Positions 26,176-40,028 of a DNA stretch of 64,000 bases are shown one piece after another. The stretch lies in assembly GCA_965285935.1 (NCBI GenBank), contig OZ260667.1, forward strand, positions 33,604,001 through 33,668,000, written 5' to 3'. The position numbers were made by a program, and so were the translations under genes. Each line of letters starts with the position of its first letter. Position 1 is the stretch's first letter. Below the pieces are notes generated by a model, which did no database searches, was not told the DNA's origin, and saw nothing but the letters and a program-made list of their open reading frames with translations. This DNA comes from Ophelia neglecta. Its lineage: Eukaryota.

Positions 26176-28066
26176 GTAAGAATTTATAACCTAACATAAT
26201 TTATATAAAAAAGTAAAAATAAACAATAGTTCTGTCACCTATTGATGGCATTTTAATGTAGCGTATGCCCGCCAAGGCCGGTCGATGGGGATGTGTGTGT
26301 GTTTGCTCTTTTCATTTTTGGGTTAGTAAAACTCAGTGGCCTATCTACGCACCATCTAATCGATAGAAGGAAGCTTGCCTATATAGGGGCATGTGTCTAG
26401 CCGTGGGGCTGATATGTTATCCAGTTTATAATGTGCTTGTTTCATCGTAGAAATATATTTGTAGAAGGTAAACTATTGTTGTATAACGACTTTAACATAA
26501 ACGGTATTATGGTCTTTTTCTGGCCTTCAGTAAAACATGTATTAAATTGCATTATCAACTAGTGCAATGGATATATATATGGCCTATTAAGATACTCGAC
26601 TCTCAGCGCGGCCTTCCGGTTCCGCAATTCATTATGGTACAGAACCTCGCCGACCACGTTAATATGTCTCACGATATCCTTGTGGGGTGGTCTATAAAGC
26701 GCAGGACATTTTTTTGCCGCTCGTTAATATGTGATTGAAGGTGCAAATCCAGACTTTAGCCAAGCAGCGTGTTAATAGATAGCCGGTTTTCCAAAACTGG
26801 TGATATGTCTCCCAGCTGAATGTGGATTAAGTACATGTTGCCTATAAATCGGCATTATCTGTCTCTGCGCAGGGGCACCTTGTTCAATTCCTGGCAAGAT
26901 TATTCATGCATGCGAATGGTAACTAAATATAAGCCTATCGACTGTTTGTAATTGTCTGTGGGAAATGAGAAGCCAGGTGCGAGGGACAAACTTTTGTAAG
27001 TGTCATTGATCAGTAAGTCAGCCATTGTCTTCCCGTGTCGATACTACAACTACTACAATTCTTAAGATAAAACAGGTAAGCAAATATATGTCCAATGACA
27101 TCACCCGTAGTTTGTTTGATATATCCATGTTGGTCAGATACGTGAGCCTTTTTTCAGGAGGGCTTACTGTTTATTGAACGGGAGAGTGGTCGATGGCCAG
27201 TGACGGGCCGCGATCCAGTGTCGGCCACGAACGGGTGTGCTTAAAGGCGCAGTTGTGGAACCAGTGGTATCGAGCCATCCAGGCCAACTCTACCGACAAA
27301 TAAAGCCTAGTGGCCCGTGCATTCGGCTTCAATTCTCACTATATATCATGTAGATTACTGTCGTATTGTTAATACCAAGCTAGATCTATGTAATTAAACC
27401 ATTTCTCCAGACTAATACAACCGGTATTACATTAAAGGATGCTGTATGTGTGTATCTTATATAACTATGTGTATTTTGCTACAAAAAGCACCAAAAATTG
27501 AATGAATTATCATGACATATTTTCAATCTTCCCCTGGCGTTTAGTAGGCTATACTGCTTTTCCCCGCAGGAAATTTAATGCTCTTTATCAGACTTTACAA
27601 TCTAGTCTTTTTTACGCGCAGAATCACTTCCTGCAACAATTCATCGCCATTTTGTCATGTCGCAAATAGGCATATTTCGTACTCTATGGTAGAATCAGTT
27701 TTTTAGCTAAAAATTAAGTAGCTTAATTCTGCGCTATTTCGCCCACATGGTAAGCCTGAAAACAAACAGTTTTTGGCATCGTTTAATTTCGCGCAGTAAG
27801 TAGCCTAGTATTTATCCGCAATTTACGTGCGCGGACTTAGCCTACGATTACTGCACGTTATTAAACTATGCTCGGAATTAGGCCTACCCGTCTTAATCCT
27901 ATAATACCCGTCTTTATTTTTACTGGTATTGGTCTATAGCTATAGTATATGCCTGTATTGGTGTATAGCCCTATGTTTTGCCGGGTTCCTGGTTATTGGA
28001 CAGTGGTACACTGATATCGATTTGACAACATCAATCAGTCCCATACACGGTGGAAGCCCCCACCCC

Positions 28067-28092
28067 CACACCACCACCACCACCACCACCAC
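28067..28092 (+). repeat. (CAC)n microsatellite
   Basis: caccaccaccaccaccaccaccac. Confidence 0.9.
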
Positions 28093-29069
28093 TAACACAA
28101 TATCCATTTGGGTACATCACTGGGGGCCGGCCAAGAAGGATTCATGGCTTCTCTTCCGTGTCTCTGCTTCCGACCGCAATCATTTCTTCTGTTTAGCCGA
28201 CATTTTGAGAGATCTGCTCACAGTAAATATGCATATTATTCTGCTACTCGTTCCTCTTTGCTCTTAATTTAGGAACCTATTTTACCAGTCAAGATTTAAC
28301 ATGTTTCATTACTGGCTGTTAATGGTATTTAGGAGATTCCAAGATGAAGCCTTCTATTTCGTTAGTTTATGTCGACCAAAGATATACTATTGGGCAAGTT
28401 AATGGCTGTAAATGCCAATATGTAATTCCGGTTTTCGTTGTATGTCACCCATTATAGCTCTTTAGACTATAATCGATGGTTTCCTTATAATACAAGCACA
28501 GAAATGTTGTGGTCGATACGACAGAAAGTTGAAGTACAAGTTGGAGATATGGATGGCTGTGAAGCGAGCAGCCCTCGGCCCGCCCCCAGTCGGCTGATCA
28601 GCCCTGATCTGTCGGCCGGGTCAAAATCAATTCCTCCCCGGCATCCTTTTCACTGGCTAAGTCTAGGAGGAATCAGACGACTCGAATCAGGTTTTGAAAA
28701 CGCTTGATTGAATCTGAGTGCCGGACAAAGGCAGCGGGGTTGTTAATCTGTATCTGATGTGACTGTGTAGGGTTCAGGGGCCTGACGTCGACCCAGCGGA
28801 CGCTCGTTCCCCGGGCTCCTCGGCGGCAGGGACACGGTCCTTCACCCCAGATCGATGGCGAGGTGTACGGCGGCGGGCGCCTTGATTGTTAGGCGTGTAC
28901 CATGAGGGCAGCTCTGCTTTGTCAGATATGATTGGTTTGAGGCTCCTACACACGAACTCGCTGATGGGGTACATTTCGGGACTTAACCTTGCCTGGCTTA
29001 CAGCTTCACCTATCACCGACAGGCCAACCACATATGATTGGTAATCGGGGGCTGCATTCAACATACGTT

Positions 29070-29285
29070 TATGTCCAATCTCGCCGTCGCGATCTGGCAA
29101 AAATAACACAGGGCTATGTCCTATCTCGCCTTCACCATCTGGCAAGAAGCGGTGACAAAGAACCATTTAACCCACATGCAGCTATGTCCTAGCACGCCGT
29201 CACCATCTAGCAAGAAGAGATGACTCGCTAGGAATATAACACACCCGGCCATGTTCCATCACGCTGTCGCCATCTGATAAGAAAA
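29070..29285 (+). repeat. Four degenerate copies of a ~35-bp motif (spacing ~45, 68, 68 bp)
   Basis: ctatgtcctatctcgccgtcaccatctggcaagaa-like motif at about 29070, 29114, 29182 and 29249. Confidence 0.75.
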
Positions 29286-32200
29286 CAATCATTATGAACA
29301 ACAATAAAACACTGATTAACAAAACATATAATTTACACAGACCAATTCGTCTATCGACATATTCGTGTTTATCTTCAGTGAGTAAAGTTCAGCCATGTTA
29401 GCGTGTATCTTTTTGTAATTGGATCAAACACATGATGTAAATACTAAATTTAATATTTAGCTTAATATATTGACTTGCAGCGACCATGATATATAATATC
29501 TGGTAATCGAATTCTACCTTTGGAACATATAAGATTATATCGTCAGAAATATGTTTCACGCCATCTGTGACACGTTCAGCAATACACCTGCTCTATTTAT
29601 TTCCTTGTATTGTACACTTTCCAATTTTATACATGCTGCAACACTTATTATAATAACGATTTAAAAACTGCGACCCATATTGTTTATGTAGCATCGTGAA
29701 TCAATTATAATACTGATTATTTTGTATACAATATTTTAAATGATAATTATTATACCATTGGCCTATAAGCCTATTTTTTTGTCCAGGGGTTTTTTGTTGT
29801 TGTTTTTTTAAAAATAAGTATTCATGTTTGACGGTCAAGTTTGAAGTAACGGGAAATCCTATTTTTATGAACTTTTTCACGAGAAGTTTCTTTGTTTGAT
29901 AAAAAATTTGGACCATATTGCTTCTCAATTTCTTTGAAATATAACAACTAAAAAAAGAGGAAAGGGGATAAACTAGTCATATTATAACGAGGGAAGCTTT
30001 GAGTTTCAATCCTGCTGTGTATGTGGAACTCGCTCGAGGCAGTGTGTATATCTGCCTTAAAGAAAAAACGCTACCATGGCACACATTAATATTGTAGAAT
30101 CTTTCTGTACTACTTTAGTTGTTGATTTGTGTAGATGTTCAGTTCCTTAGGCGAAATATTTCCTTGTTCGTAACCAATTATGGTATCCTGAAAGGCTTGC
30201 AGTAAATTTAATTTGCTGTGAAAAATGCTATCAAATTCCACAGAAAATTTGAATATCTATACCTCAATGTTACCCTTGACTATTTAAGAATTATTTCATA
30301 ACTTTTACAGGATAAAACCTTCCATTTTAAATCTACCAACAGTCTATGATAGAATTCGACATAACGAAGATCTCAGTGGTAACAGACAAAAAAAACGTCC
30401 ATCTTATTACTTTGATTCGACCTTCAAATACAATCTGTGTTTAGTAGAAATATGAAGAAATGGCAATTTTTCATGACATGCCATGGCTGACTGATTAGTC
30501 CATTATTTGACTATTCCTTTACCACGAAGAGTTTATATATGTACTTGTCCGGGGTAGATGTTTTATATTCTGGTGATGCATATTCTTGTTTGATTGAAAA
30601 GGCTGCGAATTGGAGATTTGGTAAGTCCGCTGCACCTGCTGGTCAAGCTCAGTTTGTAACTGGCTCAAATATCATACGCTGTCGACCAATAAGATATGAG
30701 GTTGATCGTCTTTCAGCGATGATAGCTGACAGACGCCAGTTTACCTGTTTATTCGCATGCGATAGGCGTGTTGGCCAGTATTACTTCTACCCCCCTGAAC
30801 CACTATACAGGGGCTCTTCCAGCTAGAAACAGGGCTAAATCAAGTGAGCTGAAGGATCATTATAAATATATTCGAATGATATGAAAGGATGGTCACCTTT
30901 GTCCGTGCTATTTGTGTCGCTATAACATTTTTACGCGTGTATAGATCTACACGCGTCCTATTGAGCTCAAATGGACAGATCAGTCAGCGCTGGCTTGTAT
31001 CAAAGACATTCGATACAGTCATCTCTTTCACGGTGACCGGATATTTATCAAAACACTATCTTATATATAGATCCGACTTGATGCTGACCTAGTGACCTAT
31101 ATTACACATTAAAAGAAGTTACCTGCAGTAATTAGTCGTAGGGAAAGTGTCTAATTGCAACCTGCGATCCCGGGGAGTGTCCGTGTCATTAGAGAGTTTA
31201 AGATTTCTATGACGTGTCTGTCTGTACTAACCGAAAAAGGAAAAGGCTGGAATTATAAATCGGGTTTCTAAATTCCCTGGTACTTGAAATCAAATAGTTC
31301 AACCCCCTGGCTTACTACGAAGCTATATGATTTTTTGCTTCCGTTGTCAAAATATTGCACTTCTTGTCCGTCCGTGTTGGGTGACACCATTTAGAAGAGA
31401 TCTTAGAGCAGGTGTCTTGTTCTCACGAACAGCCCGCCTACTCGAGAATGGAGAGTACTCGCGTCAAATAATGATCTCTGGCGTCCAGTGGCATTGATGT
31501 AAAGGCCGCCATTCTTCATTCACCTACACACAAATATCAGAAGACTTAATCCCAGTCCTCCGCTTTATTGGTATTGAATTCTTATTGTGACATTTAATCA
31601 TTCTTATTATGATATTTAATGAGTATATTGGCTCATTGTGATGGCGACGTAATGTTTACGGTATGAAAAAATAGACATTGATAGACTATGCTTGAGTTTG
31701 AATACGTCACTTTGCGGACATGAATACCTGATAATTATATATTTGATATGCATGAAATATGTTTACACATGAACTATGACTTGACTTATAATCTTCATTC
31801 ATACGAAAGAAACTAATTAGGCAATGAAAGAGCTTTATGATTAGGAACGTTGTTAAAATAACAATCTCAACGCATTTGTAGCTATGTCACGAATCGTTTG
31901 GCCTTTTGGTCGTGTAGTGTGGTAAATATATTTTGTGTCTTCTGCAGTTGTTATTAAAACACTAATAGGGACATTTTGCATATATCAAAAGTGGGGAGAT
32001 GGTACAATGCTCTAACATGTCGAACAAACGGCCATATTCAATTATAACGATGCACATGTCATAATTTAGGTTTTAAACTGTCCAGAATAGTGTACAACGG
32101 AAACTTGGTATGACCAGCCAATTTAGCGATGATATTAGACACCATTATGACTAACAATGTGATACCTAAAGACCATTTTACGACAGATACGACCAGTTGA

Positions 32201-35200
32201 CGGCACTTATTTGAATCCATTCCTGCGAAGGGATTACCTCAGCATGACTCGTAGGCCAGGCTGCCTAAAACCTATAGATTATCCTAATTGCCATAGCCTT
32301 TGCATTAGATTTGGAATATGCCGTGCGATTCTAAGCAATTTACCGGAATCGAATATTGGCGTGGATTAGAACTGAGCATTTTGCTCCGGCAGTGACCTCG
32401 CTCGACACAAGTATGAATGCTGGGAATTGAGTAACACGGCCAGAAGTAATCCCTATGATTCTGAGAGCGATTCTCGTCTCAGCCACCAGTACAGCGACAC
32501 CGGTCGCCATGTGCGTATCGCCAGACTCGGCCTGCTGAACGTGGGCGGGTTTTCTGCTTAAGCACGACGTCCCGTTGTTCCTAAGCCTTTCCTCTTACCG
32601 GGATTACCAAGACTTACTTTGGAGCAAAAGTGATCTGCCCTTGTCAACATGGAGATCAGCGTTCCAATATCTTAAAGCACGTTTGTACAATCACCATGTT
32701 TATACCAAAATATAGGCCTACTTCGAAACGCGTTCCTCTACACTAGGGCAAGCTTCCGGAGAGGAAGTTGTCCATGATGCAAAATTAATTCTCTTCTGAT
32801 CTATTTCAAGAAGCTTTTATGAACAGGAACTAAGATGTCTTCAAATATTTAGCAATAAGCTCGGGTGTCTTTAAGTATACATTAAATGCCTTGGAAGAGC
32901 CTTGTTCCTAGACATGCTTTTGTCTTGGGGTGTTTTACTGGGAGTAAAACCCCTCCGATGGAATAGCCGTGTGAAACGAGACTCGAAAAGGGCGGACATA
33001 TAGCTGATGGCACTAAACACCATAGGGAGGAGGTAGACCTGGCCCGGCTGAGAAAGGCGGGCGGGAGCGGGAAGCAAGCATCTGTCTCGCCGCGAGGCCC
33101 GCAGCTCTCTCGGGGCTCGAATAATTCAGCCCTCCTTTAGATGAAAGACAAACATACAAGACGAGACGGTCTCTATATCGCCTATGGCGCTGAATTCTAA
33201 TTTAGGAGCTGGGCTGCTCTGAATGCTGCCGGTAGGACGTTGGGAACGGAATAAGAGTGCCGGAGAATAGCTCCGCCGGGCGACGACATGGCCGCCCGGG
33301 TGACAAATGTATATGACCTCCAACGGAAATTCTATTTATAACAGCACGGGCGATAACACAGGCATGACGAATGTCCCAAGCATGGGCTTTCTATAAACTT
33401 GCAGTCTCCCCTACAGACTTCCTTTTGGGCAATCCTCGTCGATCTTTAGCAGATCTGGGCTAGTTTATGGTAAACTTAGGATGAAAACAGCAACATCCAA
33501 CCCTCAAGTACCTCTAGAACCATACCTACCTACAATCGCTTTTTATCTGAAGAGATATCTACGTGACATTAAGTTTCCCTCACAAGACTTTCTCTAAGGA
33601 GATCTGGGCGGTTCATTGTGCTTTGGTGGGAAAACAGTGAATGCTCAGAGAGGAAACGCTTCATAATGAGCGATCTGGCCCTCAGATCGGACGATTGTAC
33701 CTGTCAGATGCCACGATAAATGCTGTCTTCTGATCAAACAGGCTAGACTGTCTCCCAGTAAGTAGGACTCCCACATCGACACCACTCGATAACCCCGCTG
33801 ACTGACATCCTTTAGGTCTCTGCCCGTCGGGAGCGCGGGGGTTCACATCCGATTGACCTCACCAGGGCACACATCAAAGAACTTTAGTGTTCAATTTATT
33901 AAGTCTTACATTCGAAAATTGTAATCTAAAAAAAATTAGGAAAAAAACGAGAAATGAGATGAAAAATGTACCATTTCCAAATACTCTAGTGACGCTATTC
34001 GACAATAAGCCTCGGCATTCTCATCTCAACCGGATGGCAGAAAGTCACCGGGGAGAATTCGCCGCTTAAGACCCGACCAGATTATAATCAATTTTGGAGT
34101 TGACCCCTTGAGTTCCATGTTGGCAGTTTCCTCACACAGTCATAGTTTATGGAACTGGATTAGAAGTTTACTGAGACCAATATATGCCATTCTGTGTTTG
34201 GCTGCAGCTGGTCCTCCCACTTTATGGCAATGCTGGGTATTATTGGTTTCCTGACATGCGCAGTTTGTAAATGGTTTTGTAAGCAACAGATACAACAAAG
34301 GGGCATAGTGGTCAGTTATCTGCCATTAGAGACATGCTTGGTCACAAGACGTATTATGGAGCAGTGTGGAACTGAGTGAGATAAGGTTACAAACACTTTC
34401 ATATGACATTGACTTTATTAATATCTCCATATCCTGGAATATGTGTCTTGTAAAGAGCAGCAAAGCGAATGACACACTTAATGTTAGCTTTAAATTGTGA
34501 AAATCTGCATTGCCATAGATGAGCAATGCTATGAGATGTTATTCTCGCCCCCGCCCACCACCACCACCCATCGCAAGATACACGCAATGTAGAAGGTCAT
34601 TGGCCCTAAGACAAGTCAGGAATGCATCATGTAAAGCATTTCAGTTGCACCTTATAGTCCTTGTCATGGATAAACTCAAACCTCTCTCAACATCGGTGAA
34701 AAAAGTATCCTCTTTAAATTGCCATCTAAATGTCACTTCATCCAGTCTCTGTTTCCGTGGGTAGAATTGGGAATGGGTGATGTGCTCTCGGCTCCATTGG
34801 TGCCAACTTAAGTGTCCCAGGCGATGTGGTATACGAACCGAAACCAAAGGTTTCAAGGCGCTAATCTGACTTGGCGGAAACCCGTTTAGCACGCGTCTGT
34901 ACTGCAGGGACCGTCCACTATTAAGCTAATGCATGGGAAAGGTTCATTAGCTTCGCGTTTGTGCGAAATTTCCAGTTTTCCCTTTCAAGTAAAAGTGTAA
35001 AGCACATTACAATGTAATGTTTGTTGTCAGCCGTTTTATGATTTCAAGATGACTACAAAAGAAATTGATCTACTCTGTATTAAAATAAATATATGCCCCA
35101 GTTCAAATTTGATTTGAAATGTGTGTTTATAACCTCTTTGGCAGTACATGTATGTATTTCAGCTGGGAAAGAATTGTGTTATTATCTGGATATAACAGCC

Positions 35201-37368
35201 ACTGAGACACATTGGGGAAGCTTCATTGCTAATCCTCATCCCGCTGCCGTGTGCAGTATAGTCCCGAGACTGCATGGCGTGAGTCAAGTAGTGCGCCTAA
35301 CAGGGGGTTCTGCTCAGATGGAGATGGGCTCATGGCCAATGTGCCTCAGGGAGGGATTGGCAACAACAAACGGGGGTGTTGTATAGCAAATTTCTGTGAT
35401 TATGAATGTGATGATAGCGGAGTCTAATTATTGTCAGCCAATATAACGGAATTGTTAGCTATGGCCTCCCTAGGATCTAGGCTTTAATTGCTTAATATAT
35501 TATTGATAGCGACATGGTGGACATATGGAGCATTATTAGGCTGACCATACAATGACCGGTTAGATTGATTTGCTCGGCTACTCCGGTTGTGTTTGTTTTC
35601 GTCTCTCGGTGTAAAATAACCGGAAATACGAGATACATTCACATGTTATGATGGCGGCTGAGGTCAGTGTCAAAACCACGTCTGTAGTTTAGGTCGATCA
35701 AACCACAATACTGGCGATTTGCTTACCATAATTTTTCATTAGTGTCGGAGACCCAATGCAAATGTTACGCCAGTGTACATTATCAGAGAGTTAATGAAAT
35801 TTGAATCAGTGAACGAGCAATTCTTTTCTGCTGCTTGTGAAATCGATTTGCTTTCTGGGCGCCGAGTGGCATGAGTTGCTCAACATCGATCCAAGGGGGT
35901 GCATTTCGACAAAAGCGTTTGGTATGCTCTAGCCTGTCTTGGTGCCTACCTTTATTTGCTTCCAATCAAAATAATATTCACAGTCTGCCACCAGCAGGGA
36001 AAACAAGCATGGGGCTGAATATTCCATAATGGGGTATTGTTGTGAATTTGTGCCGACTTGTATTGAAAGACATATTTCACGATTTTCCGGTTCTGTTTGT
36101 TTTCTATCATGATTTTCGTTGTGAAGTTGGTTGTATTGAGGAGATGAAAAAAACCTATCGATCCGGTAAATACATTTGCTTTAATCAACGTTATTGAAGC
36201 ACTTCGTTTCTGCTGCGGCTCAAGGAAGATTGTTCATGTTGATTCGTACAATGCACTAGCGTATAATGAAAGACGCCCTGGCAAAAATCAGTTCGTTTGT
36301 GTTAGTAAAATTTGTTCATCAAATGCGGCTTGCCCGGGAAGAGTTGTCAAGCCCCTGAGTGCTTTGTTAATGATTCTTGCAATATCTCTTAAAAGCTTCG
36401 TAGTGTTGTGTTACAGCCTTTGAAAATCTCGTCTATTTTTCAAGGGCCTTATCGGCAAAACTGGTTGTGGTAATTGCGACTTGGGAGTGATAATAGCAGG
36501 CGCTGCATTCCACTAAAATAATAGTAATCTGAAACCTGAAAATAGGCAAATAAATAGCTGACAATGGGGCAAGGACACTGCAGGAATGTTTGTGAATTGA
36601 TACGTTGGTTTTGCGAGGGTATATTGCTTGCTTAAAAGGTACCTCGGTCACATGGCCACAATTTTAAGTTAAATACAAACAGACTTTCCTGCATGTATGG
36701 TGGATTTTATCGGACTTTGGGACCCATGTCATTTTGCATAAGAAAGTCGACCTTTTTATGAACTGCGCAGTGGTTCTTTATACACGTCTGCCGCATGCGC
36801 CGGTTATTTCTATAAGCTAATACACTGTCGGCTCAGTTTCGATCGCAGGTACTTGCCACCTCGTAATCATGGACTTGTCTATCGAGAATTATGTTTATTA
36901 TGGATGCATTGATACGAGTTTGAGTGATAATGTGATGTTAGTATACGGCAGTCGGCACCGAGTCCAAGTCACTTTCCAACATTCTTCTTTTAAGGAAGGA
37001 AAAAGAAGCACGGAAATATTAGAGGGGCGCAGTAAGAGTGTGAACCTTTGCAATCTATTTATGTAGTAAATTCACATGTAGAAATAGCTTGTTCCCTGTT
37101 GCTTTCAAAATGTTCGCGATAAGATATGAGATAACTTATGTGATACAGGTGTGTTCTTGTCTTGACGACCAAGTGGGACTGACAGTACATCAGGTGTGAA
37201 GAAGCTTAGATTTCCTAGTCTGACAGTCACTCCTGTTGTCCCATGGCTTTCTTTCCCCATATGGTGCGGGTTATAAGATATACCACCAAGGTTCCATAGT
37301 GCATGTATCCAGTTCCGAGGTAGCCTTACTTTTGACCATAGAAACACTAATCATGTGGCTAGTCTTAC

Positions 37369-37530
37369 CTGAGTAGCAACTGGGACCGACTTCGGGCGAA
37401 TCTGCCAAGTTCACTGGGCCTGTGCCCAATATCACCAGCATCAGCGGAAGTGGCAGGTGCGCAGGTGAACGCCGTGGCATCCGTCGCAACTCAATATTAA
37501 CAAGTAACTATGGTGCTTTGCGTAGGCTCG
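37369..37530 (-). CDS. Candidate exon with short 5'UTR and a signal-peptide-like start (ATG 37480: MPRRSPAHLPLPLMLVILGTGPVNLADSPEVGPSCYS, phase 1)
   Basis: On the minus strand: acceptor atatgtcaattttcag|, donor cag|gtaaga, and a basic N-terminus followed by a hydrophobic stretch. No downstream exon is securely identified. Confidence 0.3.
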
Positions 37531-37599
37531 CTGAAAATTGACATATGTGCCTTTCTGAGTCTGAGGGAAGTGCATCACTAGTAACAAGTTATTTGTTCC

Positions 37600-38670
37600 T
37601 GTTGTACACAGACGTATCTGTAGCGCACACATCTATCAGCAGACGAACAAGAGTGGACCCGCATACAGACACACAAACGCAGACTCGCAGATATATGCGC
37701 AAAACCGCAGATGCTCAATCGCAAAATAAATTTATGAATTCGTCCATGTCCGGTAAATTGAGGGAGAGTGGAAATGTAAAAGGACCAGCCTGGCAGATTG
37801 AGAATGGGTGGACATGTTTAAGGAACAGCCTATCAGATTGAAGGAAGGTGGAGATGTTAAAGGAATAGCCTGACAAATTGGGGAATGGTGGACGCATTAC
37901 AAAAAACAACTTGGCAATTTGAGAGAAGTGGAGATGATGGAGGAACAAACTGGCAAATTAAGGAAAGGTTGACATGTTAAAGAAATAGCAAGGCGGATTG
38001 AGATGAGGCAAACTTAGAGCAGAGGCCTTCAGTTCAAAAGTGTTACTTCAGTTTAAATATAAACACCGATTCCAAGGATGCCTGGTTTACAATATACTAC
38101 ATTTCTCTTTACTCATTTAAACTTGCAGTCTAAATCTACTATTTGGAACTAGACTTCCAGGTTCTACCAAGATCTTTTGAACTAGTTTCGGTATAGAAAG
38201 CAGTATAGTATGAAATAAAATGCACGTAGTTGTATTGGAACCATCGCCAGATAACAGATCAATGTTGAGCATGCGGCTCTTTTAATAAGTTTGATCTACC
38301 AGGCATTTAATTTAGTTGGTAGAACTTCCCAGCATGACAACATCAATTAATAATAAGAAAGGTAGATCTTAAAAGTAGCAGAACCTATAAATCATATAAT
38401 GTTACATAAATTATGTAAAGGATATTCTGGAGCTTCAACTCCAGAAGATGTTTATTAAAGGCTTTGGTTATTGACAATCCTGTACATTAATTTACCAGCT
38501 AATCAAAAAATCAATCGATTTATTTGCCTTTTACTTCTGCGGCAAAGCTGTGTGCGTTTGCGAATCTGCGTCTCGATCCGAAAAGGTGTGGGTCCGCATC
38601 TGGGAGCCTGCATATACGACCACGCGCATAATATGAGTCTGCGAACCTGCGTCTGCATAAATAGGCCCTA
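37600..38670. mobile_element. Old MITE-like element with long degenerate inverted ends and an internal tandem array
   Basis: 37600-37732 and 38518-38670 are inverted copies (ggacccgcatac/ggacccacac, acgcagactcgca/acgcagattcgca, ccgcaga, gcaaaataaat/gcaaataaat). The right end reads tagggcct on the minus strand. Confidence 0.55.
37750..38010 (+). repeat. Degenerate 40-bp tandem repeat (~6 copies)
   Basis: Units such as aaggaacagcctggcagattgagaaaggtggacatgtt start at about 37780, 37820, 37860, 37901, 37940 and 37980. Confidence 0.8.
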
Positions 38671-40028
38671 TGCTGATAAGCCTTTTCCGTGACATTGAAA
38701 GCAAAACAAAAAGTAAGAAGAAAAGAAAAACCAACCTTTGTAAATTCTGTTATCGTTTTTTTCTCAGATCCATGTTAGTTGGTTGCCTTGATAAAGCTTG
38801 TTATGCTGGGTATACCTACATCGAGATCTTTTTATACTAGCCAGTATTGTATGGTCGGCTTCCGCGAACCGGATGTACTGGAGGAGGGTTTGTTTCTATG
38901 TGTACTCTGTCCTGATTATCCCCGGAGACTTGAGGACTATCACGTCTGAAGAGTTCTCGCCTGTATACATAACCAGTTGGAGACTATCACAATCGATAGG
39001 ACGCTCGTCTCGACCATTTTTTATAAATCGAGTTGAAACTGTCAATACGATTATGTCCATTCCGCGATTGGGGTTTGTTAGGCTTGCTCTTTAGTCCAGC
39101 AACAGTACCAGTAACCCTGGATTAGGTGTTCCTTTCAAGGGTTCACCAACATGCCCTGTAATGTCTCATAGTCTCTAATGTACCTGTTCCTTAGCTTCTC
39201 GCAGCGTCTTAAGGTGCTAGAAAGGCCGATGTTCTCGACCTTGGGGTCTCATCACTGTCTACAGATCACAGCAGGCAGGTGCTCCCGATCCAGCCACTGC
39301 CATTCCATTCGTTTGAAAAAGGCTGGCGCTTATCTGCATACAAAATGTAATCATATAGACCATGAATGCTTTTTACCCAGCTTTGATCTTCCTGAAGAAA
39401 GAGTTTTTTAATTGTACTTTTCTTTGTCATCTAACCTTGGGCATTGGTCTGTATATCTCTTTTATCATTGAGCGTGCGTTCTTTCTGGCTTCACTGTGCA
39501 GCACCGCAGGTATTTATCTAAAGTTAAGGCGATATGGCAGGTTCCGTTCGTGTTTAATAAACGACGTTCTTTAGTAGATTCGTTCAATCTTAAACTTAAT
39601 TGGATGTTTTAAAGCTGAATATGCCTATATTCAATATTTCGAATTCATCCGAATAGAAGGAGAGGGATACCTTGGTTTATTATCGTTTTCTTAAAGACCG
39701 TTTTATTATGATACTTCAAGGCGTACATTATAAACTTAAAACAAGTCGACTGGGAGTGTCTCCACATTTACCTGCCATAAGGATTGAGAAGGGGTATTTC
39801 AAATGATTTGAGTAAAGACATTATAAAGGGGTCCTTAGATGTCCTTAGATGTCAAAACACTGCCTGTATTTAGCAGGGAGGAATGAACGTCGTACGATAG
39901 TGGGCAAGTTTGTCTTGAATAAACAGTTCGGAAACAGTTTAAACGAAATATATATGTCCGGCAGGACAATGTCGGACATTATACGATATATATGTCCCCC
40001 ACGGAGGGGTGGGTAATTCATATATGCA

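Noticed and set aside
27200-27320. B-box-like ggctcgatacc on the minus strand (tRNA or SINE head)
   Set aside because: No cloverleaf or clear A box; cannot be supported as a tRNA, at most a decayed SINE.
29070-29285. Repeat-spacer pattern resembling a CRISPR array
   Set aside because: Repeats are degenerate, the spacers are partly related to each other, there are no cas genes, and the context is eukaryotic. Better explained as an old ~68-bp tandem repeat.
31352-31375. tattgcactt, similar to the miR-92 5' end
   Set aside because: The 3' half diverges from miR-92 and no complementary hairpin arm was seen.
34641-34800. TDVERGLS resembling the hAT dimerisation motif
   Set aside because: A single short motif with no TIRs or other hAT residues found.
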